Part shown: one piece after another, positions 8,608-17,975 of the stretch
How the letters are laid out: each line of letters opens with the position of its first letter
How positions within the stretch are numbered: position 1 is the stretch's first letter
NCBI GenBank assembly: GCA_965221695.1
Contig: OZ244905.1
Coordinates: 2,701,384-2,765,383 of the forward strand
Source of the DNA: Gammaproteobacteria bacterium
Lineage (GTDB): Bacteria; Pseudomonadota; Gammaproteobacteria; Eutrophobiales; Eutrophobiaceae
DNA length: 64,000 nucleotides
Direction: 5' to 3'
Notes under the pieces: generated by a model
The model's input: only the letters and a program-made list of their open reading frames with translations
Database searches by the model: none
Told to the model about the DNA's origin: nothing
Made by a program: the position numbers and the translations under genes

Positions 8608-10542
8608 TTGAACATGAGCAAAATTATCGGCATAGACCTGGGCACGACCAATTCCTGCGTTGCCGTTCTGGAAGGCGGCCAGGCCAGGGTTATTGAGAAC
8701 AGCGAAGGCGGCAGAACCACGCCGTCCATCGTCGCATTTTCCGACGACGATGAAGTTCTGGTAGGGCAGTCGGCCAAGCGCCAGGCGGTCACCAACCCCA
8801 ACAACACCTTGTTTGCGGTCAAACGTTTGATCGGCCGGCGCTATGATGACAATGTTGTGCAGAAGGATATCAACATGGTTCCGTATAAAATCGTCAAGGC
8901 TGACAACGGCGATGCCTGGGTTGATGTAAAAGGTAAGAAGATGGCCCCCCCGGAGGTCTCGGCGCGCGTGCTGATGAAAATGAAGCAGACGGCTGAGGAT
9001 TACCTGGGTGAAAAAGTGACCGAGGCGGTGATTACCGTTCCGGCCTATTTCAATGATTCGCAACGCCAGGCGACCAAGGATGCAGGCAAGATCGCGGGGC
9101 TGGAAGTTCGGCGCATCATCAATGAGCCTACGGCCGCGGCGCTGGCCTATGGCATGGACAAGAAACAGGGCGACTCCAGGATTGCCGTCTATGACCTGGG
9201 CGGCGGCACGTTCGATGTATCCATCATTGAAATTGCCGAAGTGGACGGTGAGCACCAGTTCGAAGTACTCTCCACCAACGGCGATACGTTCCTGGGCGGC
9301 GAGGATTTTGACCTGCGTATCATCGATTTTCTGTGCGACGAATTCAAGAAGGACCAGGGTATCGACCTGCACAATGACCCGCTGGCCTTGCAGCGTTTGA
9401 AAGAGGCTGCGGAAAAGGCCAAGATCGAACTGTCATCCAGCCAGCAGACCGATATCAACCTGCCGTATATCACCGCGGATGCCGGCGGTCCGAAGCATCT
9501 CAACATAAAGATGAGCCGTTCCAAACTTGAATCACTGGTGGAAGACCTCGTTGATCGTACCATAGAGCCTTGCCGCGTAGCCCTGGAGGATGCCGGCTAT
9601 GCTGCAGCGGATATCACTGACGTCATCCTGGTAGGCGGACAGACCCGCATGCCCAAGGTACAGGAGAAGGTCAAGCAGTTTTTCAATAAAGAACCGCGCA
9701 AGGATGTCAACCCGGATGAAGCTGTTGCGGTGGGCGCGGCCATCCAGGCCGGTGTACTCGGCGGTGACGTGAAGGATGTGTTGCTGCTCGATGTCACGCC
9801 TCTCTCGCTGGGCATTGAAACTCTGGGCGGCGTGATGACCCGTCTCATCGAGAAGAATACGACGATCCCGACCAAGGCACAGCAAGTGTTCTCCACCGCG
9901 GATGATAACCAGACAGCGGTGACCGTGCACGTGTTGCAGGGCGAGCGCGAGATGGTCGCGGGCAACAAGTCCCTGGGCCGCTTCGACTTGTCGGACATAC
10001 CGCCTGCGCCCCGCGGCATACCCCAGATCGAGGTAACTTTTGATATCGACGCCAACGGCATCATGAATGTTTCGGCCAAGGACAAGGCCACCGGCAAGGA
10101 ACAATCCATCGTTATCAAGGCTTCCAGCGGGTTGTCGGATGAGGAAATCGAGAACATGGTCAAAGACGCGGAAGCCCATGCCGAGGAAGACCGGCAGGCA
10201 AAGGAATTGGTCGAGGCCCGCAACCTGGCGGAGAACCTGGTGCATTCAACGAAAAAATCCATGGAGGAACTGGGCGACAAGGTTGAAGAACAGGAGAAAA
10301 AAGACATCGAATCTGCAATAGCCGAGGTAGAGGAAACCGTTAAAGGGAATGACAAGGAGGCCATAGAGGAGAAAACCCGGAAACTGACCGAGATCGCGGG
10401 CAAACTTGCGGAGCGTGCATACCAGCAGGCCGCAGCGGCGGGCGCCAACGGTGAGGGCAAGCCCGCGGGCACGGATAACGGACCCGGCGATGAAAATGTC
10501 GTCGATGCAGAATTCGAGGAAGTGGATGACAACAAGAAGTAA
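8608..10542 (+). CDS. dnaK: molecular chaperone DnaK (Hsp70)
   Basis: 644-aa product with canonical Hsp70 motifs ([36 protein letters not shown]) and an acidic EEVDDNKK tail. Confidence 0.97.
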   Translation: MNMSKIIGIDLGTTNSCVAVLEGGQARVIENSEGGRTTPSIVAFSDDDEVLVGQSAKRQAVTNPNNTLFAVKRLIGRRYDDNVVQKDINMVPYKIVKADNGDAWVDVKGKKMAPPEVSARVLMKMKQTAEDYLGEKVTEAVITVPAYFNDSQRQATKDAGKIAGLEVRRIINEPTAAALAYGMDKKQGDSRIAVYDLGGGTFDVSIIEIAEVDGEHQFEVLSTNGDTFLGGEDFDLRIIDFLCDEFKKDQGIDLHNDPLALQRLKEAAEKAKIELSSSQQTDINLPYITADAGGPKHLNIKMSRSKLESLVEDLVDRTIEPCRVALEDAGYAAADITDVILVGGQTRMPKVQEKVKQFFNKEPRKDVNPDEAVAVGAAIQAGVLGGDVKDVLLLDVTPLSLGIETLGGVMTRLIEKNTTIPTKAQQVFSTADDNQTAVTVHVLQGEREMVAGNKSLGRFDLSDIPPAPRGIPQIEVTFDIDANGIMNVSAKDKATGKEQSIVIKASSGLSDEEIENMVKDAEAHAEEDRQAKELVEARNLAENLVHSTKKSMEELGDKVEEQEKKDIESAIAEVEETVKGNDKEAIEEKTRKLTEIAGKLAERAYQQAAAAGANGEGKPAGTDNGPGDENVVDAEFEEVDDNKK

Positions 10543-10553
10543 ATCGGCGAGAA

Positions 10554-11693
10554 ATGCAGGTTATGGCCGCAAAACGAGATTACTATGACGTTCTTGGCGT
10601 ATCAAAAAATGCGTCTGACGCCGATATAAAAAAAGCCTTCCGCCGCCTGGCGATGAAGTACCATCCGGATCGCAATCCGGATGACCAGGAAGCGGAGGAA
10701 AAATTCAAGGAGGCCAAGGAGGCAAATGACATCCTCAGCGACCAGCAGAAACGGGCGGCTTACGACCAGTTTGGCCATGCCGGGGTCAGCACTTCGGCCG
10801 GTGGCGCGGACGGCCAGGGTTTCAGCGGCTTCGGCGATATATTCGACAGTGTGTTCGGAGACATATTCGGCGCGCAAGGACGCGGCGGCCAACGCACCCA
10901 GTCCGGCGCTAACCTCCGTTACGACCTGGAATTGAACCTGGAGGAAGCCATTGCCGGCTCCACCATCAAGATACGGGTACCCAGGCTGATAAGCTGTAAT
11001 GACTGTTCAGGCAGCGGCGCCAAACGGGGATCGAGTCCGTCCCAGTGCCCTACCTGCAACGGCGCCGGACAGATCCGTATGCAACAGGGATTTTTCTCGG
11101 TGCAGCAGACCTGTCCCAAATGCCGCGGCAAAGGAAGCATCATCAATGATCCATGCCGCACGTGCAATGGGCAGGGCAGGGTCCGCGACAGCAAGACTAT
11201 TTCCGTAAAAGTCCCGCCCGGTGTCAATACCGGCGACCGGATACGCCTCACCGGCGAGGGTGAAGCCGGCGAGTACGGCGCCCCACCCGGCGATCTTTAC
11301 GTACATGTCATCGTCAAGGATCACGAGATATTTACCCGCGACGGTTCGGACCTGTACTGTGAAGTGCCAATCAGTTTTGCCGCCGCCGCCCTGGGCCGGG
11401 ATATAGAAATACCCACGCTGGACGGCAAAATCAAACTGCGCATCCCGCCGGAAACCCAGAGCGGCAGGTTGTTCCGCCTGCGCGGCAAGGGCGTGCGCTC
11501 GGTGCGTTCGGCTGCAAGAGGCGACCTGTTATGCCGCGTCGCGGTTGAGACTCCGGTAAACCTGAGCAAACAACAGAAAGACATCCTGGAATCCCTTGAG
11601 GATTCCATGGAGAACGATGAATCACGCTTCCGCCCTAAGGCCAGCAAGTGGTTCGACAGCGTGAAGAAATTTTTCGAAAACGCCAACCGCTGA
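10554..11693 (+). CDS. dnaJ: molecular chaperone DnaJ
   Basis: J-domain ([13 protein letters not shown]), G/F-rich linker, four CxxCxGxG zinc-finger repeats and a C-terminal domain. Confidence 0.95.
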   Translation: MQVMAAKRDYYDVLGVSKNASDADIKKAFRRLAMKYHPDRNPDDQEAEEKFKEAKEANDILSDQQKRAAYDQFGHAGVSTSAGGADGQGFSGFGDIFDSVFGDIFGAQGRGGQRTQSGANLRYDLELNLEEAIAGSTIKIRVPRLISCNDCSGSGAKRGSSPSQCPTCNGAGQIRMQQGFFSVQQTCPKCRGKGSIINDPCRTCNGQGRVRDSKTISVKVPPGVNTGDRIRLTGEGEAGEYGAPPGDLYVHVIVKDHEIFTRDGSDLYCEVPISFAAAALGRDIEIPTLDGKIKLRIPPETQSGRLFRLRGKGVRSVRSAARGDLLCRVAVETPVNLSKQQKDILESLEDSMENDESRFRPKASKWFDSVKKFFENANR

Positions 11694-11764
11694 CCCGCAT
11701 GCTCAAAGCACTGCATGCCCGGGCAACAGCAGGAGTCCAGTCATATTACAGTGTAGTCCGGAGA

Positions 11765-11975
11765 GCTTACCCATATAGAACGTGGGGCAATCCTTTGTTT
11801 CACCGGTTGAAATAGTTGCCACAGACCAGGGCATTCTCCCGTACCACTCCCGCGAAAGCGGGAGTCCAGTAAAATACTATGTCGCCTGAAAGGCGACCCT
11901 TTGTTCCACCGGCCGGAAAAGCTGTATTCCCACCCAAGCGGGAATCCAGTAAAATAACCGTCTCAAAGAGACACC
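11765..11975. repeat. REP-like nested-palindrome element (family 1)
   Basis: Carries ccgtaccactcccgcgaaagcgggagtccagtaaaat and gtcgcctgaaaggcgac. Lies between dnaJ and dapB. Confidence 0.75.
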
Positions 11976-11985
11976 TTATTCACCC

Positions 11986-12789
11986 ATGATCAAAACAGCA
12001 ATATGCGGCGCCGCGGGCAGGATGGGAAAAACCATCCTGGAAGTTGTCAGCGAGAGCGAAGGGATCACGGCGGGCGCGGCCATTGAACAACGCGGCTCAC
12101 CGGCGCTAGGCCGGGACGCGGGCGAACAGGCCGGCATCGGCAATCTCGGAGTCAGCGTGACCGATGATATCGAAACCGTCCTGGATGACTTCGATGTGCT
12201 GATAGACTTCACCCGGGCCGATGCGGTGCTCAAAAACCTGGAAGTTTGCCGTGCAGGCAATAAAAAAGTGGTGATCGGTACCACCGGCCTGACCGGTGAG
12301 CAACAACAGACACTGCACAGGGCCAGCGAAGATATCGCGATCGTATTTGCCCCCAACATGAGCGTCGGTGTTAACCTGTGTTTCAAACTGACGGAACTGG
12401 CCGCAAGCATAGTCGGTGACAGCACGGATATCGAGATTATAGAAGCTCACCATAACCGCAAAATCGATGCGCCGTCAGGCACTGCGGTGCGCCTGGGAGA
12501 AATCATCGCGGCGCAATTGGGGCGCGACCTGGCAGAATGCGCGGTTTACGGGCGAGAGGGTATTACCGGCCCGCGCGATCGCAAGACCATCGGCTTTGAG
12601 ACCATACGCGCCGGTGATATTGTGGGTGAGCACACCGTTATGTTCGCCGGCGAGGGCGAACGGGTGGAGATCAAGCATGTCGCCGGCAACCGCAAGACAT
12701 TTGCCGGCGGTGCAGTGCGCGCCGCGCAATGGGTCATGAGCAAGAAAACCGGCCTGTACAGTATGCAGGACGTGCTGGGGTTGCATTGA
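11986..12789 (+). CDS. dapB: 4-hydroxy-tetrahydrodipicolinate reductase
   Basis: 267-aa product with an N-terminal Rossmann motif (MIKTAICGAAGRMGKT) and the DapB C-terminal domain (EIIEAHHNRKIDAPSGTA). Confidence 0.9.
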   Translation: MIKTAICGAAGRMGKTILEVVSESEGITAGAAIEQRGSPALGRDAGEQAGIGNLGVSVTDDIETVLDDFDVLIDFTRADAVLKNLEVCRAGNKKVVIGTTGLTGEQQQTLHRASEDIAIVFAPNMSVGVNLCFKLTELAASIVGDSTDIEIIEAHHNRKIDAPSGTAVRLGEIIAAQLGRDLAECAVYGREGITGPRDRKTIGFETIRAGDIVGEHTVMFAGEGERVEIKHVAGNRKTFAGGAVRAAQWVMSKKTGLYSMQDVLGLH

Positions 12790-12791
12790 TT

Positions 12792-13301
12792 ATGCCGATA
12801 GAAGCGCCATTCCGGGCAAACAGGCAACTGATCGTCCCCGAATGGATCGACTACAACGGCCACATGAACGTGACCTACTATGTCCTCGTGTTTGACCGCG
12901 CCACCGACGATTTTTTCGACTTCATGGGGTTGACCGCCGAATACAGGGCCGCCAGCAATCTCTCGGCCTTCACGGCGGAAATGCATGTGAATTATCTCCG
13001 TGAGGTGAAGGAAGGTGACGAAGTATCCGTAACCACCCAATTGCTGGGTTACGATGCCAAACGCTTCCATTATTTTCACCACATGTACCACGCCGAACAA
13101 GGCTACCTGGCCGCCACCAGTGAACTGCTGTGCCTGTTCATGGACATGAACCAGCGACGGGTAACGCAAATTCCACCCCCGATCCAGGACAGACTGGCCG
13201 AAATCAAGCAAAGCCACGCCGCTTTGCCGTTGCCCGAACAGGTCGGCAGCGTGATGCGAGTGAAACCTGCCGCACCAGCCGATAACGCAGATAATCGATA
13301 A
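12792..13301 (+). CDS. hotdog-fold acyl-CoA thioesterase (4HBT/YbgC-like)
   Basis: Motif YNGHMNVTYYVLVFDRATDDFF is typical of 4HBT thioesterases. The start is set at the ATG after the dapB stop. The 3' end of this gene is duplicated at 15560-15649. Confidence 0.6.
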   Translation: MPIEAPFRANRQLIVPEWIDYNGHMNVTYYVLVFDRATDDFFDFMGLTAEYRAASNLSAFTAEMHVNYLREVKEGDEVSVTTQLLGYDAKRFHYFHHMYHAEQGYLAATSELLCLFMDMNQRRVTQIPPPIQDRLAEIKQSHAALPLPEQVGSVMRVKPAAPADNADNR

Positions 13302-13410
13302 GAAACCTGTGAGCTACCTTCAACAGAGGGTATGCACAAGGAATGCGCCATCAACTGTGAGCATATCCAGACGGTTTCCAAAGGTGGATTAAGCGGATGG
13401 TGAATTCTGC
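13221..13410 (+). repeat. direct repeats B1 (13221-13312) + A1 (13317-13410), left boundary of a small island
   Basis: B1 is ~90% identical to 15560-15649 (B2) and A1 is ~90% identical to 15337-15425 (A2), all in the same orientation. The order is B-A here and A-(140 bp)-B at the right side. Confidence 0.8.
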
Positions 13411-13521
13411 ATATATACTGGATTTTTGCGACCTAAGCGCTTAGACTATGATTATACCCCCTGCGGCTTCGACCGCAGGCCGCGGGGCCTCTACGGAGGC
13501 CCCTGCTTTTTTTGGTGAGAA

Positions 13522-14145
13522 ATGCGCACATACATCTATGTCGATGGTTTTAACCTCTACTATGGCGCGCTGAAAGACACGGCCTGGAAGTGGCTGGATC
13601 TGACCGCTCTATTCGAGAAAGTCCTCCAACCCAAACACGACATCCTGGCCATAAAGTACTTCACGGCTCACGTTTCAAGCACGCCTGCGGACCCGTTGAA
13701 ACCACAACGGCAAGAGGCCTATCTGCGCGCACTTCGGCATTTCCGACCTGAAGTCGACGTGTATTTCGGGCATTTTCTGAGTCATAAAGTCAGGGCGCCG
13801 CTTGCACATCCTGTGGGAAAACAGCGTTCTGCCAAAGTAATCCGAACCGAGGAGAAAGGTTCGGATGTTAACCTTGCCGTACACTTGCTAAATGATAGCT
13901 GGTTGAATGTCTATGATTGTGCAGTTGTCGTTAGCAATGATAGCGATATCGCCGAGGCAATGCGCCTTGTGAGGGAGCATCAAGGCAAGAGGATTGGATT
14001 GGTGACACCGGGAACTGGCCGCCCGTCCAGCCAACTCATGTTACACGCGGATTTTGCGAGACACATCCGACCGAATGCTTTGAGACAATCACAACTTCCG
14101 GACCAAATTCCCAACACCAACATCAGAAAGCCAGCGCGCTGGTAG
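13522..14145 (+). CDS. NYN-domain (LabA/PIN-like) predicted nuclease
   Basis: The N-terminus YIYVDGFNLYYG and the acidic residues (SNDSD) match NYN/LabA-like domains. Confidence 0.65.
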   Translation: MRTYIYVDGFNLYYGALKDTAWKWLDLTALFEKVLQPKHDILAIKYFTAHVSSTPADPLKPQRQEAYLRALRHFRPEVDVYFGHFLSHKVRAPLAHPVGKQRSAKVIRTEEKGSDVNLAVHLLNDSWLNVYDCAVVVSNDSDIAEAMRLVREHQGKRIGLVTPGTGRPSSQLMLHADFARHIRPNALRQSQLPDQIPNTNIRKPARW

Positions 14146-14189
14146 GACTATGACATAAGATTCGAGGAACAACCGTTTCAATCAAGAAA

Positions 14190-14330
14190 ATGTCCTCTAA
14201 AGGCCAGATTGTCATCCCTGAGCAAATACGCACGCAAATAGACCTAGAAGCGGGTTTCCAGTTACAGTACGTAGCCTCACCAATGCGCGTTTGCGGGAGA
14301 TTCTATTACAATCACAGTATCAAAGGTTAA
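14190..14330 (+). CDS. small AbrB/MazE/SpoVT-type antitoxin-like ORF (46 aa, possibly truncated)
   Basis: MSSKGQIVIPEQIRTQIDLEAGFQL matches the swapped-hairpin AbrB/MazE/VapB N-terminal motif. Not in the ORF track because it is under 60 aa. No toxin partner follows. Confidence 0.35.
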   Translation: MSSKGQIVIPEQIRTQIDLEAGFQLQYVASPMRVCGRFYYNHSIKG

Positions 14331-14515
14331 ATCCTTAAAGCGGGATTCGCTTACGCCTCCAGATTCTAAGGTTTCCCAAAATTAAGGCTGGATATGGGTG
14401 CCCCAGGACGCTCGTGCTCAGGATACCATGTCATTGAGAAGCACATAACGCTGCAGGGATCGCGTCGAATGTGTATTCCCAAGGGTATTCGAAGGTGTGT
14501 CCTCTGATCACGGCA

Positions 14516-14971
14516 TCAGGTCAATTCTGCGTGGATACTACGCGCGTCCAGAAGTGGCATATCCAACACAGTTTGAACAAAGCCCGGGCCTTTCTCGTGC
14601 TGTTTAAGGTATCGGCGCAAAATGCCAAAGAATGGCGTCTCAAAGGTTTTCTCGACCGTAGTGATATACTCCCGCGCGTCAGGCTTTGCGCGGCTATCGC
14701 CCCTGAAGTTGCCAAACAGCGCTGCGCTGAGGTTGGGATATGCTTTATTGAAATTTGTCACGGCGCCGGGAAATCCCCTGCCAAGGGAGAGTTTTGGTTT
14801 GTTTATCTGCGCCGCATAGTTGTTGACTTGCTTTTCAACTGTATAGGGCGAAATCTTAACTTCGTCTGCCAGAGTGAGAATACGCTCAATTCTCGCTGCG
14901 TTGGTTGATTGCCGGTTGAGAATGGCATAAGCCCGTTTTGCCAATTCATGCGGATACAACAGGTTCGTCAA
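14516..14971 (-). CDS. hypothetical protein
   Basis: 151-aa ORF with a protein-like composition. The overlapping plus-strand ORF (14471-14908) is Cys-rich and looks spurious. No family recognised. Confidence 0.3.
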   Translation of the reverse strand: MTNLLYPHELAKRAYAILNRQSTNAARIERILTLADEVKISPYTVEKQVNNYAAQINKPKLSLGRGFPGAVTNFNKAYPNLSAALFGNFRGDSRAKPDAREYITTVEKTFETPFFGILRRYLKQHEKGPGFVQTVLDMPLLDARSIHAELT

Positions 14972-15073
14972 GTTACCAGTTTACTTGCACCTGACACCAA
15001 TGCGTATAAATTTGACCTAAACTGAATATACTCTTACAGTCTGACCAGACAGATCAGAATTGGGTAGACCGCA

Positions 15074-15379
15074 TTGATAAGAGAAACAAAATGGCAATTA
15101 CAGGAAGCCAAGGCGGACCTGAGTGAGCTGGTAAAGTCCGCTCAGAATAACGGACCGCAACAAATCACTGTACACGGCAAGCCTGCCGCTGTTGTCCTTT
15201 CCTGTTACGACTATACCCGGCTTGCCAGGAGTAAGCCGTCATTCGTCGGTCTGATGCGGCAATCTCCGCTCATAGGCGTAGACCTGCAACTTGAGCGGGA
15301 CCAATCGCTGGCACGCGAACAAACCCTGTGTACTATCTTCAACAGAGGGTATGCCGAAGGAATGCGCCATCAACTCTGA
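15074..15379 (+). CDS. Phd/YefM-family type II antitoxin-like protein (orphan)
   Basis: WQLQEAKADLSELVKSAQNNGPQQITVHGKPAAVVLSCYDYTRL matches the Phd/YefM N-terminal fold. The C-terminal ~20 codons run into repeat A2, and no Doc/YoeB/ParE-like toxin follows. Confidence 0.55.
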   Translation: MIRETKWQLQEAKADLSELVKSAQNNGPQQITVHGKPAAVVLSCYDYTRLARSKPSFVGLMRQSPLIGVDLQLERDQSLAREQTLCTIFNRGYAEGMRHQL

Positions 15380-15649
15380 TCACATCCAGACGGTTTCCAA
15401 AGGTAGATTAATCGGATGGTAAATTATTATCACGCTATACACCTGGAAGAAAAACACCGCAAAGGTTACGAATTACAGCCTGTGGGTAATAACGAGTTCG
15501 CTATGTGGGAAGCAGAACAGGATTGGGGAGACAGTTTAACAAGGGAAAGCCAAGCAGAGTTGCCGTTGCCCAAACAAGTCGGCAGCGTGATGCAAGTTAA
15601 ACCTGCCGCACCAGCCGATAACGCAGATAATCGATAAGAAACCTGTGAT
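15337..15649 (+). repeat. direct repeats A2 (15337-15425) and B2 (15560-15649), right boundary of a small island
   Basis: Counterparts of A1/B1 at 13221-13410. B2 reproduces the last ~25 codons and stop of the thioesterase gene. Confidence 0.8.
15416..15637 (+). pseudogene. chimeric small ORF: unrelated N-terminus fused to a duplicated thioesterase C-terminal tail
   Basis: The product ends ..LPLPKQVGSVMQVKPAAPADNADNR, nearly identical to the thioesterase C-terminus ..LPLPEQVGSVMRVKPAAPADNADNR. Confidence 0.3.
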
Positions 15650-15723
15650 GATTAAGTATTTCTGAGATTCCAACTGTCACTTTTCACTTGTTCGGAATAT
15701 CCGGAGATTGCTATACTTTCTAC

Positions 15724-15963
15724 ATGTCTTATCATGAACGAATTACGGTGGAACCAGGCAAACGGGGAGGCAAACCCTGTATTCGAAGGTTGCGAATTAC
15801 TGTCAATGACGTACTGGAATATCTTGCTTCCGGAATGACAGAGCAAGAAATCCTAGCTGATTTTCCTGATTTAGAACCAGAAGATATCAAAGCATGTTTG
15901 GCATTTGCTGCCGAGCGAAAACGGAAATTCGTATTGGCGCAAAAAAGTGAAACTGCTTGTTGA
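15724..15963 (+). CDS. DUF433-family protein (putative antitoxin)
   Basis: MSYHERITVEPGKRGGKPCIRRLRITVNDVLEYLASGMTEQEILADFPDLEPEDIKACLAFAA is the DUF433 signature. Its 3' end overlaps the next gene by 17 nt. Confidence 0.65.
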   Translation: MSYHERITVEPGKRGGKPCIRRLRITVNDVLEYLASGMTEQEILADFPDLEPEDIKACLAFAAERKRKFVLAQKSETAC

Positions 15964-16279
15964 CGAAAACCTGTCACCCCGTCTAACTGGCTTTCTTTCG
16001 ACCAACTTTCCCGGTTCCGCACATGTGCGCGATGTTGGACTGGCCAGAGCCGATGATGAAACTATCTGGGCCTATGCGAAAAACCATGGATTTGTAATTG
16101 TTTCCAAGGGTTCGGATTTTTTCCTCAAAGCAGTCAAGTCAATGCCTCATCCCAAACTGATTTGGATTCAACGTGGTAACTGTAGTACGAGGGAAGTAAG
16201 GACTCTGTTTGAAGATTACCTGCCTGTTCTTCAAAGCTTTGAAAAAAGTACGGATGTATCCTTTCTTAAAATGGTATGA
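15947..16279 (+). CDS. DUF5615-family PIN-like protein (putative toxin partner of DUF433)
   Basis: (V)KLLVDENLSPRL...HVRDVGLARADDETIWAYAKNHGFVIVSKGSDF matches DUF5615 (Mut7-C/PIN-like). The start is set at a GTG that overlaps the DUF433 stop. Confidence 0.6.
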   Translation: MKLLVDENLSPRLTGFLSTNFPGSAHVRDVGLARADDETIWAYAKNHGFVIVSKGSDFFLKAVKSMPHPKLIWIQRGNCSTREVRTLFEDYLPVLQSFEKSTDVSFLKMV

Positions 16280-16281
16280 CT

Positions 16282-16626
16282 TCAACGGTTGATATCATGC
16301 CTGGCTTCAAACTCAGCTGTGAACTCATCAAGTGGCCGGCCTTGTTCAGACAGGGCATGTCTGATAATCCGCACGCTCTCGGCATAGTTTGCCAATACCG
16401 CTATTTTTTCGTAGGTTTCAGAATCCTGGACTACCACAGCAGCGTTGCCATTGACCGTTAGAAGCTCTGGACGTTTGCTTTTGTTCGGTCGTGTAATATG
16501 CGTCGCCGGTTTCCGGCTGAAGTCAGTGACCGATTGTTGTTCAAACGTGAGCGGAGATTTCGTGTAGGCTTCTGCCACTGGAGATCCTCGGTACGCAGGC
16601 AAAAAAAAGCCGCCAAGGTTGCGCAT
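16282..16626 (-). CDS. Phd/YefM-family antitoxin-like protein (ORF probably N-terminally over-extended; orphan)
   Basis: ..ELLTVNGNAAVVVQDSETYEKIAVLANYAESVRIIRHALSEQGRPLDEF matches the YefM core. No YoeB/ParE toxin on either side. Confidence 0.5.
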   Translation of the reverse strand: MRNLGGFFLPAYRGSPVAEAYTKSPLTFEQQSVTDFSRKPATHITRPNKSKRPELLTVNGNAAVVVQDSETYEKIAVLANYAESVRIIRHALSEQGRPLDEFTAEFEARHDINR

Positions 16627-17142
16627 TGTTAAGAGGCGTGACGGCTATGTTACTCATATTATAGTTCCTGCTGGAAACAGATTCAAGAGAGAGATAGTGT
16701 TTTCCATATTAGCGGGAGATTCTGTTAGCAACAAATTGATTTGTCCGCTTTTGTAACAAATCAATTCCTCTTTTATCTTTACACTGACACCGTCAAGATG
16801 TTAGCGGGAGCTTCTTGTAAATCCCTGATATGGTTGTTAAAGTATTTTGCATGGAAAAATTGATCGAAAGAATAAAACTAGGTCTTGAGAAAGGGCATTA
16901 TTCACGCGAAGAACAAGTATGGGGTAGTGGCGCCGAAGTGGAATTTGAAATACCTACACGCACTTAGAGTTCAACAGCCAGTTGACACAGTCGGCTAACC
17001 TGACAAAAAAGCAAACCAACCGTTATCGGTTGAAAAACTAATCTCTGGTTTAGACAGTTGTGAAACCACAATGGAGGGATCGTTGTCCGAGACCGAATGA
17101 ATCATAACGTGGAATACAAGCCGTTTGACAGCGCGTAAAGAA

Positions 17143-17781
17143 ATGACTCCCGGACAACAATTTGTCGAAGCATTGAGCGAACTCGATTTTGAGAATACGT
17201 TTAACCCTTATTCGGATCAATGTTTTGTTCACGACCTGGATGGTGCGCCAGTCTTTCGGTCACACGCATTGCAGGCTATGCTGGATGCGGCAACTGAGCA
17301 GGAAATTGATTCCCTCTGGATTGGGAGAGACCTTGGCTATCGTGGAGGCAGGCGGACTGGATTGGCCCTGACAGATGACGCCCATATTCAGGCCCATGCC
17401 AAACGCTGGAAGCTGTCGATTCAACGGCCAACAAAAGGCGCTCCGGTTACTGAACAAACAGCAGCGGTAACCTGGCGCGTGCTTGCGCAAATTGAATTAT
17501 CCGTTTTCCTGTGGAATGTCTTCCCACTGCATCCTCATGAACCCGATAATCCTTTCAGTAATCGCTCGCATAACGCGCGCGAACGCAGGGCCGGGGAAGA
17601 ATTTCTCTCTGAGCTTATCCTGCTTCTGAAGCCTCGTCGGCTTGTTGCAATCGGCAATGACGCGGCGCAGACGGTAAACCGTCTGAGACATGGGCATGAA
17701 GCCATCAAAATACGGCATCCTGGCCATGGTGGACAAACCCGGTTCCTTGACCAAGTCAGCGCGCTGTACAACCTGCACTGA
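17143..17781 (+). CDS. uracil-DNA glycosylase-superfamily-like protein (tentative)
   Basis: The motif arrangement (GRDLGYRGGRRTG; FPLHPHEPDNPFSNRSHN; RHPGHGG near the C-terminus) resembles the UDG-fold motifs A and B. Assignment made by eye only. Confidence 0.35.
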   Translation: MTPGQQFVEALSELDFENTFNPYSDQCFVHDLDGAPVFRSHALQAMLDAATEQEIDSLWIGRDLGYRGGRRTGLALTDDAHIQAHAKRWKLSIQRPTKGAPVTEQTAAVTWRVLAQIELSVFLWNVFPLHPHEPDNPFSNRSHNARERRAGEEFLSELILLLKPRRLVAIGNDAAQTVNRLRHGHEAIKIRHPGHGGQTRFLDQVSALYNLH

Positions 17782-17838
17782 GATTTTGCTGATATATGCT
17801 GTGTAAATTTTACTAACTGTCCTGCACCCCGAACATTC

Positions 17839-17975
17839 CGGTACGTACAGGAATTCAGTGAAACAAAGGGTCGCCCTCCGGGCGACACAGAATTTGACTG
17901 GACTCCCGCTTTCGCGGGAGTGGTACGGGGGAATACCTTGTTCTGTGCCAACAGTTACATGTAATCGGGGTGTGC
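17839..17975. repeat. REP-like nested-palindrome element with tail (family 1)
   Basis: gggtcgccctccgggcgac centre, actcccgctttcgcgggagtggtacgg arm and the conserved tail ..ccaacagttacatgtaatcgggg. Confidence 0.75.

Noticed and set aside
9532-10535. Long antisense ORFs inside dnaK (9532-10245, 9597-10535) and many similar ones inside lhr, carB and the STK gene
   Set aside because: The sense-strand genes are unambiguous conserved proteins. The antisense frames are Ala/Arg/Ser-rich artefacts of high GC content.
14471-14908. Plus-strand ORF overlapping the 14516-14971 minus-strand hypothetical gene
   Set aside because: The translation is Cys/Arg-rich and low-complexity. The minus-strand frame looks more protein-like. 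Only one of the two can be real, and neither has family support.
16700-16830. Integron attC-like palindromes in the low-GC segment
   Set aside because: There is no intI gene, no ordered array of cassettes with R''/L'' cores, and only one imperfect palindrome. Recorded as an unexplained motif instead.
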